Below, piece by piece: positions 47,554-61,361 of a stretch of 64,000 nt of DNA; the stretch's first letter is position 1, and each line of letters starts with the position of its first letter. A program made the position numbers and the translations under genes. Origin of the DNA: Iphione sp. A-MEVVRFRX5. Lineage: Eukaryota. The notes below the pieces were generated by a model. The model did not search any database. It saw only the letters and a list, made by a program, of their open reading frames with translations, and had not been told where the DNA came from. The DNA is taken from NCBI GenBank assembly GCA_976226885.1, contig OZ320316.1:63922001-63986000 (forward strand), written 5' to 3'.

Positions 47554-50500
47554 TGTACATATGCTTTGGTTTTCTTCAGGACTTCCCTCTACATGTAGAG
47601 TCTGCATGTTTCCACTGTTTCAAAGAATCCAATACATGTATACTTGCATGTATATAGACGGCTATAAAACGTTCACATATAAAGATCGAATTATACAACG
47701 CAGGGTCTCTCACAGATTCCAAGTCGTACGCAATGAAAACATTAGGACGGGAAACGGCCTCACAAACACACAATACATGTGCATAGAACAGGTGAGAAAA
47801 TACAAAGCCGTCGACACTGACTGAATTTGGCGAGAATTAAAAAAAATGAAAGCATTCGATTAACACACTCCCGCCTGCGCATTAATCAACAAAGAGTGCA
47901 TTATCTACCACACATGGTACCGTACAGGCTCATGATACACGGTGAGAGCAGTCCCTTTCTGCAGAATTCGGTTTAACACTGGAAAAGTACATGTGTACGC
48001 CCCCTACTGCCGCCGATAGAAACAATCAAATGACAGGTACATTGCAGGTAAGTCCAACAAGGGAGAGCTAAAGGGCAATGTAACAAAAAAGTGAACAGAA
48101 TTCTTCCCTCCTTAGGGCCAGCTGTTCTCCTTTTTCTTTGTCTGTCCTTCTGCCTGTCCTTGTTTCACTGTCCCGTTGTGCTCGTGTCTCCTCCATCTTC
48201 CTCAGACATAACAATCGTTCAATACCAAGTATTGTATATTCTAGTTCCCACTGCTACCATAAGATACTTCAAAGGGAGCCCAAGGGCGTACGAGACAGTT
48301 TTGTCAAGGAGACAACAGAATAGTCTGCCTCCATCCTGCCCTATCGATGTTATTATATAGGCCCAGCCGCAGACACGTGGCACTCGACTGACTGCGCAGA
48401 GTATGACAAAGTCGGGGTTGATGATCGACAACTTAAAGGAAGAACAGCATTCAGCGAGTGATAAACGACAAGTCGCCTGACTCTTGTCACTTGTTCTTTA
48501 AACTGTATTGATAAGTAATAAACAACGCCCCCTATGGCGTTTATTGCCATCAAACGCCGACGAGCGGAAGCTTTCGAAACTGCCGCATGACTGACTTCTG
48601 TTCGGCGTGCGCACAAATGACACTTCCAGATGTATGTATGCTTGCCTTCACATTGGGGGCAACTCTATGAAGTTCTCATTAATTGCCCAATTCCCACATC
48701 CGATGCATTGACTACCTTTCAGTGGGGCTTAAAATGAGTGTGGCACGGTCCAGAGGAGCAAGGTCGTTTTTAAGGGTGTGCATTCGTAACAAAACACTAC
48801 GAAAATCACAGAGCAGAGCGCTGGTCAATATTTTTTCCTCCGAATTCATTTCTACGGTACCGCAATTGAAGAACTTCACACAAGCAGCACCTTAAACCAC
48901 TTCCAGTGTCCGAGGAAAGATGTGGCCGGTATCTCGAACACTGATCTTCAGCTTTTTTTCGATGTTAAGTGAAAGGTCAGAATGGGTTGTTTCAATATTA
49001 TGGCTACCACTAGTCGCTATCAGACAGAAACCGCAAACGGCTGGAGGCATTGTGAAGAAATCCGCGGATATTTACATTTAGAATGTATATCTGGACGTGG
49101 CCCTAATCTGCACACACGCCGGTCGATCGGTCACGAAAGTAACCGCTGCGAGGTAATAACAGTCAGGTAGCCAGGACTGCGGAAGCCCCCACCGGCCACT
49201 GCCACCTTTCTGCGGATGCCGGCATTACCAACAGCAGCTGAGGACTCATGCCTGCGTGAACACCGAACAGTAAATAGCCCTAGCCACAGTATGCAATCTG
49301 CAATAATACCCGACCATTTGGAGCCGCTGTGCCGCCAGTACTATTGTGCCAAGCTTCATGCCTCAAGGCGCGAGAATACGGATGACTCAATAGCCCGCTT
49401 TTCAAACTGAGTTGGACTCCTAATGAAACCGCTACGTTCTAAAGTGTTACTTTATATATACACATGTATACATGTGCATGCATAATTAATATGTGTTGTC
49501 CCACTGTAGAGCTATTAAGATACAGCCGCTCAGAGTTATATTTTATTCACATTCTTTATATCAGCCTCTCTGTCCCTGCGCGCTAACCCGACCACACCGT
49601 CGTGGTTGGGGCTGCCGAGGTTTGTCTAGTTAATTTCGGGAGGCAGGTTACCTTACTTCCGCCCGTGTGGATCACACGCCGAGTGAAGCCAGGCCGGGGC
49701 AACCCTATATATGGACATTCACCTAAGAAGCACCCCAAGACTGTTGGGGCAACACAGCTACTGAGACGCCACGGACCCTATACAGCGTGCTTCTTAGGGA
49801 AAGAAGACCTGTCTCGGATGACAAAGAGTTCAACCTGGGCATTAACAGTTAAGCTCCCAGCATAAGGCGCGCAAGCAGAGGGGACGTGATCAAAAGCATA
49901 CCTCACATGGAAGCTGTCACTTAGGAAAACATGGCCTCCGCCAGAGGGAAAACACAAATTTACTGAAAATAACAGTATTACAGCGAATAACAGTGTGACG
50001 CTTTTTTGCCCATCATTCTTTTATTAATTCCCATGTGCATGAAGGCCTACTTGAGAAAGGAGACTGTAACCTTCACGGTAGAGAGAGAGGATGGCACCAA
50101 AAAAAGGAGCTCCCCTTTTAAAGCCAACTGCCGATATGTAAAAACGTCATCCCATATACGAAAGAGGGCCCTCAAACCAGTCAAACTGTCTTTCATTTCG
50201 GCGCAGCCAAAACGAGTTTTCAAAAAACTAAGATTATCCTCATACACGAAACACTGGTTTCCCCCATATAAATTTTTCCTCAGCCCAGCTCCTGGGTCAC
50301 TGAGATATATAAAACATATTCGGAGTGAGTACACTTTATTTGTCAACTAATTCGTATGCCCAGACGTCGAATATTCCACATATTTTGTGTGGACTAACCC
50401 TCATGCGATGTAAGCTGCTGGAGTAGAGCTGCTGATTGAAAACATGTCATTTGTTTTTAAAAATGAAATCACCGCGATAAAGTTGTCGTGCAAGAAGATA

Positions 50501-51710
50501 TATCTTCACCATCCTATGTCCAAACGATACGCCCTCCCCCAAAAAACTATGGGCGAACGTTAAGATGGAAAATGTACTATTACTGTAGCAGTTGGCAGTG
50601 ACCCAGCTCAAGTTGAAATTTTCAACAGCCTTGCAAAAAGTTCGTGATTTGCGAGGCACAGTGACATAGTCTGGTGGATGATTTTGGCGACAAGATGTTG
50701 CCAGATGTTGGGAATAAATCAAGCTGACACGATGTCTGTGCCCGTGAGATGTGGCTGAGGTTGCGGCTCGCTGGGCAGGTGTATCACTGATAACCCTCAG
50801 ATCCCCTGTCGTCACCCACTGCACCGGTTTCCACAATTAGAGCTTTTTATATGTGCCTCTCCGCCTATCAATAGACGGTGACCTTTCTATATAGCGCGCT
50901 CAATTTCCCTGTTGTTAACCCAAGACAACAAAGAATGCTATGGTCTAAACCTAATTGTTTAACAAGTCTGCCTCTACCAATCTGTTTCCTGTCATCTCCG
51001 CTTGTTTTCCTCTAGGGGGTGAATATAGTACGGTCCGCTTCTTCTGGGCCATACTTCAAGAAAAAGATTCAAGAGGAGAGAGATCCCGAGGATAACAAAG
51101 AGCATAGTATTCTTTCTGTAGGTCGATCGTCACTGCAATCCTAACAGGAGATTGTGTCACTAAACATTCAGTACACAGGTAATCAATCGATTGCATCCAC
51201 TGTGGAGCTGACAGGACTGGTGTTTTTTCCTCCTGATAAAATTGCATCGAAATATTTTATACGTAAAGTAAATTTATCTGTGTGCATTAAGCAGTCTCTG
51301 TAGAACGTGAGGAGAATTTAGTGACAAAGATTTTCGTATACTTTTCAGTTTTCTATCTCTACTTTTGTACTGATTACGCAAGATTTATAAATACATGCAA
51401 ATGTACATATGGAGCACTTACAAGGCCTACTTTAACAGATGACTTTCAGGGCTCTCACATATACGTAAATCTTCCATAGAAAGAATAAATATTTACTTTT
51501 ACATAAGCAGTACGGGAGTCCATTCTACTTCGTACCTATTTTATGCAATTGTTCTTTTCGAAAGAAAGACGACCACGGTTTTAATGCATAGATTTATATA
51601 TCAGCATGTTTCAACTGTGAATTATGGAGATGCTTTAACGCTGTTTTCAAACAAAATTCATATCCACTGTCAAAGATGGATGCGCAACAACCCATTCCTC
51701 TGAAGTCAAC

Positions 51711-51935
51711 TAGCTTATTCACATGTGCCCATAGCTACACAAATGCATCCATTTGCATTGCTCTGAATTGGTATGGTATGGGTTTTCTATGCATATGGAT
51801 ACATATCCCATAAACTTCTATAGTGAAAAACATCTGGTAAGCATATGCAAGTCATTCACATATGCACTCTACTGGGGGTAGCTATGCTACTGGATATATT
51901 TACGTAATTTTTTATGGATACATCTGAAACCCACC
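51711..51935 (+). mobile_element. PIF/Harbinger-like MITE (family A)
   Basis: Left GCTTATTCACATGTG, core CCCATAAACTTCTATAGTGAAAAACATCTGG at about 51807-51837, right GGATACATCTGAAACCCACC + TAA. Confidence 0.55.
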
Positions 51936-54762
51936 TAAGAGATGAAGTGTGCGTGTGAAGGCTCTTGAATGTCTTTCTGAGACTTAAAATTGCATACATG
52001 TACGTGAGGACGACACCTAGCGGACACCGCGAGACTGACCAATTAGTATTCAATGCGTGCGACTAAAATGAAACCCAGGGCTCTTCACAACATGAGTCCA
52101 GTTTGTTAAAATTCAGTTGAACGGATATTGCTGTGAACGAATCGTGTTTTGTTATGATGTGTGCTGGGGGTGGCGCAAGGAGATGACAAATGTGATGGCG
52201 GATGAATGGAGTGCTTAAAAAGGGAAAGAAAAGACATGAGTACATAAATATATCAATGGAGGAATAAATGGCGAAGTAGCTGGGGGGATGGTCGAACAAT
52301 AAGGGGGCGAAGACAGAGTGAAGGAAGGAGACTGACGCACTGGAAACGAGTTGTGAAAGGATCCGTAGGCCTGTACAGGAGGAGCTTTATGTCAGAGAAA
52401 TTGATCCACACATTAACAGCATTAAGGGGATCGTGCTTCCACCGCATCATTCCTGTCTGCAGTAATCACTATAGCGACAAGGCTATTGAGATCTAATTTT
52501 AAAACAGTTTTTGTTCGGGGAGAGCAGAGTAGCTCCATCGTACTCCATAACGGCAGCACGTAAACAATACTGTGACATGGATATGACTTCTCCGTCGTTT
52601 CATAACAACGGCAGCAGGGGTCGGTTTCATAAAGAAAGTTAATATTGGGTATAACTCATCCGAGGAGACTCCAGTTCAACAAAAATTTAGTTTATGAAAA
52701 TTTATACAGTGTAAGAAATAATAAATTCATACAATTTTTTCTCAATGAGCAGTGATACTGGTTTAGTTTAACCCTACTACTGAATAGAATGTACTTTTCT
52801 CAAAGGAAAATATAATTATTAAAATGATGAAAACCTATTCAGATGAAATTTTAGATGGTTTTCAGGTGAGGTTAGATTTTGAAGTTTTTTTTATATTTGT
52901 GTAAATACTATAGAGAAGCAGTTTCCTAAAGCCTCCGTTGTATGCCCATGTATGTCATATCAAAGACAAAGGCAGCGGGCAATCTCCTGTCCTTGCATGT
53001 CTAATAACAGTCGATGACAGCGTCTCTTCGGTACAACCTCAGGATCATGAAAGCAACCTTCACTCACACACACACCATTGCAACAACAAGCTTCATCCTG
53101 TCGCCTTCCCATTGTGAGCCGTCCAGGTGTGCCGGCGAAAGGCAATTGTCCAGGCAGGTGAGCTGCAGTCACCTGTAATCACCGGCTGGCGTAACTGCCA
53201 CACTCAAGGACGTCTCAAGGCAGGAAAGACACAGTGTTATCCAGGTTGCCATGCGCCTTCCTCAACATGGGATCTAAGTGCGAGGCCGGTAGAAAAAGAA
53301 TGTGACCTCAGGATCCCGGTGAGAGATCCCTCCAAGCCATGTGTGGTGCTCACCAACCAAGTGAGATAATCATAAAGGGGGGCGGGTATATGCTTATCTA
53401 ATCGTAAATGAGAACGTGCTTATTGTATTAAGGTCAATGTTTAACTGGACATTTCATCCAAAATGGTTCATTACAGTCGATGTGTAAAGGACTTAACAAA
53501 AAGTGGGACGCGACATCACTTTGAGGATCACTTTTAACAGTGTTGCAGGTCTCTTGGCGCGTCGGGGAAAAAGTCGCTAGGAAAGAGGACTACTTTGAAA
53601 AACAGCAACTCTAACGGGCAAAGTCCATTAGTTCGCCTCATGTGATCACGAACTCTCTAAAGTTTGCCGTTTTTTTCAATCTAATCGGTGGCAGTTGATA
53701 AAAATCAGACAAAAGAAGAACGCCCACGCAGGCCATTTTGGTGCACACTTCGGCAGGTTCATTTTTGCTACAAGCATGGCCTCTGCTTTCGACTAAATAC
53801 ATGTACATGCATGCAAAATCTTCCTATCTGTCATCGCTAACTTAGATCCTTTCTCTTACATTGTGCCCACAAATGTCCGTGTTTTTCCAACTTACACGAA
53901 CCATGCTGCTTTGGGTGACCCTTCGTAAACTGGTACACAGACCATGATTACATGTAAATGTACTTGTACATGTCAGTCGTAGCATCTTATCTGCAGCGAC
54001 TAGCTCTCGCTAACTCTCACCAAGAAGCTCAACACAGAAGCATTCTGGTCCATATATACACATGTATACACATGTATGCACATGCATATACCCTATACCA
54101 TACGTATATATATATAAATGTATTCCCTATTTGGAGCACCTCTGCATTATACATGTACCTCTTTTCACATCGCCTTGTCGTAGTCGTTCATGTATACAGA
54201 TTAATACCTGTAGATCCATTTCTGAAGTCGTTCTGTGCGTTGTAAAAAAAACTTTGCCCGAATAATATACACGCACATTATTATACCAGTTCAGCGTTGT
54301 AAAACAATGGGTAAATGTGTCAGTGCAGTTGACGGCTAGCTTCCCACTCTTGGCAGGCGCATAAAAGCACCAACTCGCCCCCAAGTCAGTCGACCAAGGT
54401 TGTCCGCAGCTGCTGCTGCCGCTCCACCCTGATCTCCAACACGGCGGCGGTGATACTTGAGACTCCGAACGGCGCCGAATAATGGGTTCATCAGCAATGC
54501 GGGCCAGCATGTCCCTGCATATTCATGCCACACCTACATGTGTCTCTGGGATGGCGTGGAATTCCATCATCCCTCACCGAGATGGCAGCCTGTGGGATGC
54601 ATCGGTAAAGAGCGCATACCATACTGGACCTTTGACAGTTTAACATTGACTGGGAAAGTTCAATGATCAATTTTCCACTCTTAACACGACAGTCTTGAGG
54701 TTACAAGTGCACAAGGAATATGAAAAGTATGTGTAGCGACGTGATTTTGGTTGAGTTCAACG

Positions 54763-54765
<3 letters not shown>

Positions 54766-54804
<39 letters not shown>
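54766..54804. repeat. (AT)n microsatellite, about 19 units
   Basis: Direct reading. Confidence 0.95.
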
Positions 54805-54808
<4 letters not shown>

Positions 54809-55959
54809 GTTTCTTTGCTTCCTTCCCAAACAGGATGAATTTGGCATATGGATGGCAGTAATCCAAACCAGTGTGGCAAATCGAGGAAAGCAGTCTAGTT
54901 TAATAACGACATAATATGCACTGAGTAAATCACACTGACGTCTTAAATCTTGATTCATTATGTAAGCGTGTATAACATGTATGATAGTTTTGGTTCAGAT
55001 TCTCGCTGCAGGTTTGATAGTCGTTTCTTAGTGATTCATCCCACTATTTATGAAGAGAAGGTTACAGTTCACACAGCGGACATAATTATGACTGCATATT
55101 TATGGCTTTATTGGCTTAATGAGTGACACTTAACAGGCGTGCAGGATTTTTGTATTGCCAAAGTACGTTACTTTGTATCTGTCTATTTCCCTGCGCGGCG
55201 AATTTTCGTAATGGTAAAAAAAAGAATTTAAGTAATAAACAACGTTTTGCAAACTGCTAGATGTACACAATCTTACAATGAACGTATACGTATATCTTCG
55301 AAAGGACAAACACGCAATCTGGTACTCTACCGCCAGCTCTGACCTACCTACAAAGTAATTTACCTATGTGACCGAGCACCAGTGCAAGCAGATGAACACA
55401 CACAGGTTGGTGCTTTAATTATTATAATTATTTTTCTCCATGTGATCGCTCAAGGAGACCTACTGTGTTATGTGTACATTCGTCTCATGGGTGATCGTCC
55501 ACTCAACACTAATTAGCTGCAGCGGGCCATGAACGGGAGAGCCAAGCCCCTCCAGTGCTCGTCTGCAGGTAATCCGTCAGGTTGATCCTTCGCCTGCAGA
55601 AAACGTTATTAACAAATATCAACACCCCCCCCCCCACAAGGGCAGTCGCTCCGAGGAGGTCCTTCTCCTTCGATCTCGAAGCATGTACACACCTAAAGTC
55701 CTTCTCATGCTACCAAGTATACAATATCCCTCTTCTATAATAAATCAGCCCTACAAGTGCTTTCCAAGTCAAGTGGACTGGTTAATTTAGTTCTTACATA
55801 AGTCGTGGTAAGTGCCCCTATTTGTTTGTATTACACTATTGCCAATATCCTTCTTGTATTCTTCATGTTAGTGTCTTAACTTAATAGGATTCGTCTTGAT
55901 GTTCATCCAGTATTATTTCACTTTCTATTTTTTTTGTGCTTGTAGGATTAATATGCGTA

Positions 55960-56138
55960 CAGTTGGGGCCCGCATAGGAGACCAAGCTTGGCACTGGTCA
56001 ATTTTGGTCTCTCCCACGGTTTGGTCTAAATAGACACACTCTCCATAGAGGGAAATCAATGAATTGGTCTCAAAGATCTTGGTCTCTTCCCCGATTTGGT
56101 CTCATCTGTGATCTGGTATTCAGCTAAAGTCTCCACTA
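55960..56138. mobile_element. Tc1/pogo-like MITE with internal TTGGTCT repeats
   Basis: TA + CAGTTGGGG ... CTCCACTA + TA. TTGGTCT(C/A) occurs at 56004, 56021, 56064, 56079 and 56096, and inverted at 55978. Central CCATAGAGGGAAATCAATG at 56043. Confidence 0.55.
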
Positions 56139-56667
56139 TATATTTGCTGCATTACTTCTAATTTTTAATATCTCTGATTGAGCTGTCCTAACTACGGTTT
56201 TTTTTTAAATCTAAACGTTTGTCATTTTTAACTTTGTTTTGATTATCAGCTTTTCCCCGAGCTATGTTTGAAGGACTCAGTGCTATGGGAAAGAACGATA
56301 GCATCGAATAATATCATCATGCTGGATGTTATGTCAACAAAACAACTACTAGCAAACCAAACAAATACAGTTAGGTTCCCTCTATTTTCGTTTTATTTGC
56401 CATCTTTGTTGTCTGGGCTCCAATTGCTTGATACGGCATTACCGCAATTCATGTGTGGTATACGGCACTGGCACGGACTGCGTTCGCAAGCCTTCACGGT
56501 CGCTTATGGGGTCATAATACCGAGCTGAACGGCGACAGATCCCCGCGAGCCAGCACCTCTCACAGAGAGAAGGGGCAGTATATACATGTATTATGATGAA
56601 TACACCACCAGCACCCCTTACACCGAGGACAGACAATGATCATGCTATATGGCCACCATATTACTAA

Positions 56668-56977
56668 GGCCCCTTTCACGTCTCCGTATTTTCTGAAAAC
56701 GGATACAGCTCAGTAGACTTATTTTCTCCAGCCATAGCAATTGTACTCAAGCCTTCACGTGCCTCCATATCAAAATGGATACGGACCATGGTCCATTTTT
56801 AAAAACTGTCCTGAACAGATTTCATACGAACCCCGGTCTGTTTTCCATAGGCTGCAATGGTGAAAAGACATCTGGTATTACATATGGCAGGGTCTTAAAC
56901 AAACACAGCAGGAGGTATTCCACATGTACGGCCCTGTGGATGGTTTTTTTCCCATATGGATATATGTAAACAGCGCC
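56668..56977 (+). mobile_element. PIF/Harbinger-like MITE (family A)
   Basis: TAA + GGCCCCTTTCACG ... ATATGTAAACAGCGCC + TAA (TSD TAA/TAA). Core CCATAGGCTGCAATGGTGAAAAGACATCTGG at 56845-56875. Confidence 0.7.
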
Positions 56978-57009
56978 TAACATTCTCCAAAAGCAGGAAA
57001 GGGGGTCGG

Positions 57010-57176
57010 CCATGGCCAGGTTATACATGTACATTATTGGACAACATCTTACACTGTTACAGAACAGGTGGACCCTGGTCATGCTATTCTTGGCTAGATA
57101 ACAATCATCAAAACCAGACAAGCACACCCTGGCCACGGTATACTTTATTACTAATATGTTACCAACACAGGTGGAG
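57010..57176 (+). repeat. Old imperfect direct duplication (~100-117 bp period)
   Basis: CCATGGCCAGGTTATAC..TGTTAC..ACAGGTGGA at 57010 versus CCCTGGCCACGGTATAC..TGTTAC..ACAGGTGGA at 57127. Confidence 0.35.
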
Positions 57177-60100
57177 ACAAGCCATGGATATTTTACTGTA
57201 TGGTCAACATGCTAGTAATACCCTCCATAACCCCGGTCTAGCCGCACCCAACCGTCTCCGCCCGACTACCACTCTCATCCCCTTCCCGGTCCATCCGCTG
57301 ATATTATACGTCACGTATATACACATATACACGCCAGCCCGGGTTAGACGCTATATTTTGGTTGAGCCCCCGAAGAGGTACATCTATTACCACCCAGTTG
57401 GTATTCTACAAGGCATCGCCGCCGTTCGTCCGACAGCTACCGCTCTTGCTCCACTCACGCAATATCAGGGAGGCTTTTGAGGGTGTTTTTCTGTGTGTGC
57501 CCCAGGCACCAAAGAGAAGAAAACCAGGCATGGGTGTGTTGGGGGGCGGTGGTAGAAAAAGGGTGGGGGGGGTGAGTCTGCTGCTTCCTTACCACCCGCC
57601 AACATGTTTTCACATACTAAAAGAGTAGACATGAGGAACCTTGGTTTTCGTGGAAAAACACAGATAGTGAGCTCTCCCTCGTAGATGGAGGAGATTTTCT
57701 AATGGTCCCGGCAGTTCGGGCATCGCTGCCCCGGTTTTGATAAGAGCAAGTCATGGGATAAACATGCATTCTGGAACGTGTAGCAGAGTTAAGTGTAGTG
57801 GAAAAAATCATCAAAAAACTTAATACGGCGGCGAAGCCGTTCGCCTTTGATACGACCCTTTGATCTGTACCATTCTAATGTCCTTGTTTGTTCCTACGAG
57901 GCTGTGGCTTTGATATCCCGGTCACCAATCATGATCACCAAAGAGCTGTGCTCTTCTAGTATTTCTCGGAGCAGCGTAGCGAAAATAAAAGCGACCGCAG
58001 CTGAATTATTCAGAGAAAGACGCGATGACCTTTTATGATTCAAACCGACTATACGGCAGGATCAAGATAAAGAGATCTTTCGTTAATACTGTTATCGAAT
58101 ACGCGGAGCCAGACTATTGATTAAACACTACGAATGATAGCGACCCAGCCCGTCTGTGCAGCATGGCGCCTCCTTTATGGACTGTTGTGAGATAGGGCCT
58201 TTTGGACATGATCATTGCTGATGTCAAACGGTATAAGCACCCAGTAACCTTGTAGTGCCTCCGCTCTCGACTCTTTTTTAATCGTCATGAATTTTATCTC
58301 GCCCCAGACGCCAGTGGTCTGTCTGACCTGGAGGTGGCCAGGGGGGACGGCCAGGTCACCTGGTCATGCACGTCGGTGATGACCTCCTCCTCGTAGTCGG
58401 TATCCTACCTCCTATATCTCTGGTGTGTGGCCCACGCGCCCGCCAGGCAATAGTGGCCGATCATGCAGACTTCAATATGGCCGCAGGCAGCACGATGTTC
58501 TTAAGTGTCTTTCGGAGCGGAGGGGGAATACTGAGTTCTAGCCTAGTAAACTACTTCAAGTACATGTTGACCTGCACAGATCGTGATCAAGAAAGTACGT
58601 CAGAACTACTCTTCGAAGCGGTCTCAGAATACAAGGTTTTTCCCCGCACATGAAATATTTATTTCAGAATCAGTACCGTATCTAATTAGTGCACTGTGCT
58701 CTGTTCTGCCAAAAGCTCAATGGTGTGCGAAACGTGCCAACATCTTGACATTATCTGATGAACACTTAAAGAACGGGAAGATTCAAGTTATGCTACTGCA
58801 ACGAAGGAGAACTCACGTAAATCACAATCTTGTGAACATTTTAACTTTGTGGCTACGAATGATTTAATAATTTGATGTAATGTAGATAAGTCGAGTTATG
58901 ACAGCACATTTATACAGGTCAGATTCCCATGGGTTTATCTTCACCTACATACATATGAACATCTATACATTCCGTAAATGTGCACCGCGCAGGTAGCATC
59001 AACTCGAAAGAAGCCTGCTTAACAGGAATATATGGAATGACTTGAAACAGGTTTTTTCCTGAAGTACTGGCTAGAATTCAAATTATGAGCGCTTATTAAA
59101 TCCATCAAATAATGAGGAGGACATTACAACAGGCTTGCATGGGGTATAAAGACGGCTCTCTGCATTGCCACTTCAAAGCCATAACCTACGTACTTGTACA
59201 TTTATATACATTTGCACAAACAATATTACAGCCGAAGCTTCAAGGAGCACTGTGCGTTTACCAATACAACTAGCAGTGGCGTGATTGGGTACTGCTTGCT
59301 ACTCAAGTCAAGGCATAAAACACAGACTTACACACGTACTACCGAGTGGTAAAACACACTTGTAATAACAACGACTTCGGTGCATTCGGACCCAGACGTT
59401 CGTGCGCTGATTGGCACCTGCTCAAGATGAATGTCGGTGGAAAACAGCGGTGGGGATGCGCAATAGGCAGCGGCAGCCAGCGCCAAGTCGGTCCACTTGG
59501 ACTGGCTGCCATTTGACACGCTGGCCTACAACTGCCATCTGTCGGGTGCCGACCCCCGACATTTGCTGCACAAGTCCTCCATCGAGCGTCTCCTCAGGGG
59601 ATGTAACGACCTCTGTGCCTTGTGCCCCAGCCCAAGCTTTCCTTTGTCCGCCTTTATTAGTGCATGCTCGGAACTAGTAAAAGGGATGTCGCGCATCCGC
59701 CGCCCGTAGCCCTCTGTGCTCGTTGGTCGGACTGACAGCCCTCCTAACCCCCCCCCCCCTCCCCCGTCCAGAATGGTCGGGACCGGACGGGACCTCAAAC
59801 GACCACCGGCGCGCCGGCGGCCGCCAACCGTGTGGGGAAACATCAAACCCTATCAGTTTCTATTTTCGGGTCCCACCAGGCCAAGCAGCGCGCGCCTCGC
59901 CTCGTGAGGCCCTCGCGTCCCATCGATTGGCATCCTGTTCTCCGCTCGACGAGCACGGCCCGAGCAGCTCACCCGAGTGCTCTGTCATGTCAAACGCTCC
60001 ATTAATTAACTCCAATGGCTAGCTATCCTAAGCCGATGCTGTCAACGTTACTCTCATATTTTTAGGTGAGCTTTACGATATTATTTGGGAAACGCTTAAC

Positions 60101-60452
60101 ACAATGGCGACACATTGATGGCAATCAGCATGCCATTGATCGCCTCTCGGGAAAGCGGATTCCTTCCTTTTATTCTTTGTATCCTTCTTAAAAAGAAAAC
60201 CGTTTTCAAATGGCTCTTTTGTTTGTAAAACTACGTCCCAAAAAGCAGTTCTTCGACATCCGTAGGCTGACATTGTGTACAGACTGGAAACGTGTGAGTC
60301 GGGAGAGGTGGAAGTTTTAGGCGGCGTGGTTTTATATTGGATGCCGTCAAGGAGACGGCGTATCTTGGCTGCCAGGCGCAGCCGATATTACGCCCTCCCA
60401 ACACTCCACGCCATTGTCTTCGACAGAATCCTTTCTCCAGGAGACAGCGACA

Positions 60453-60685
60453 NNNNNNNNNNNNNNNNNNNNNNNNNNNNNNNNNNNNNNNNNNNNNNNN
60501 NNNNNNNNNNNNNNNNNNNNNNNNNNNNNNNNNNNNNNNNNNNNNNNNNNNNNNNNNNNNNNNNNNNNNNNNNNNNNNNNNNNNNNNNNNNNNNNNNNNN
60601 NNNNNNNNNNNNNNNNNNNNNNNNNNNNNNNNNNNNNNNNNNNNNNNNNNNNNNNNNNNNNNNNNNNNNNNNNNNNNNNNNNNNN
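60453..60685. other. Assembly gap (233 N)
   Basis: N run. Confidence 0.99.
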
Positions 60686-61361
60686 ATACATGTATAGACG
60701 GACCGGCACGGACCGAATATGACAGTTTACCATGCTGTGCAAGGAGGAGGAACCCAAGCTGGAAAACAATGGGCTAATTTAGGATGCGCATGTATTCATG
60801 TCCACCCAGTACGCACTGCTCAGAAAGAGAGGGGATTCATTATGAACTGGGTAATCTCATGCCATATGTGCGACATGTCAGCCCACTGACCTACCATCTG
60901 CGTGACTAACAATTAGGAGAAACCAGAAAACCCATTCCTTTTCCTCCAAGTTGCTCGTTTTTGTCCCTCCACCGCCTCAATCCGACAGCTCTTCAGGTCA
61001 GGAAGATAGAACCGGCGCCTAAACAGGTCCGCTACCAGGGGCCTAAACGACTGCCACATCCGGTTTGGGCCAAACGGTCGTTGTGCTGGCGTGAAGCCCA
61101 CCTCTTCAGCATAAGGTCGGACTCTCTAACATCTACCCGAGTAATGACCCATGCCTCTCTCACCCGAGCCTTTCGTCCTTAAAAGCAATGATCTCAACGG
61201 TGCGAGCGTGTTCTGTGAAAAGCAACCCCGTATCACTGACTAAAGAAAACTTGATATCCAATTAAAACATTTAACGCGTGCGCACTTCCTCCAGCCCTGA
61301 AAATGAGAACAGGTCAATGAACTGGGGACCTGTAATGGAGGCGGAAGAGGCTTGTAAGGTG

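Noticed and set aside
52768-52920. piggyBac-like end TTAA+CCCT
   Set aside because: No matching right end or second copy found.
54360-54391. TATA-like CATAAAAG + TCAGTC initiator on the plus strand (similar pairs at 16881, 30339, 59145)
   Set aside because: Imperfect boxes or spacing. Such pairs are expected by chance in 64 kb.
22731-57480. Other 150-175 aa ORFs (22731, 32738, 41852, 56956)
   Set aside because: Low-complexity Pro/Arg/Gly-rich translations of GC-rich non-coding blocks or MITE flanks. Nothing recognisable.
29622-60777. ORFs spanning N runs
   Set aside because: Artefacts of translating through assembly gaps.
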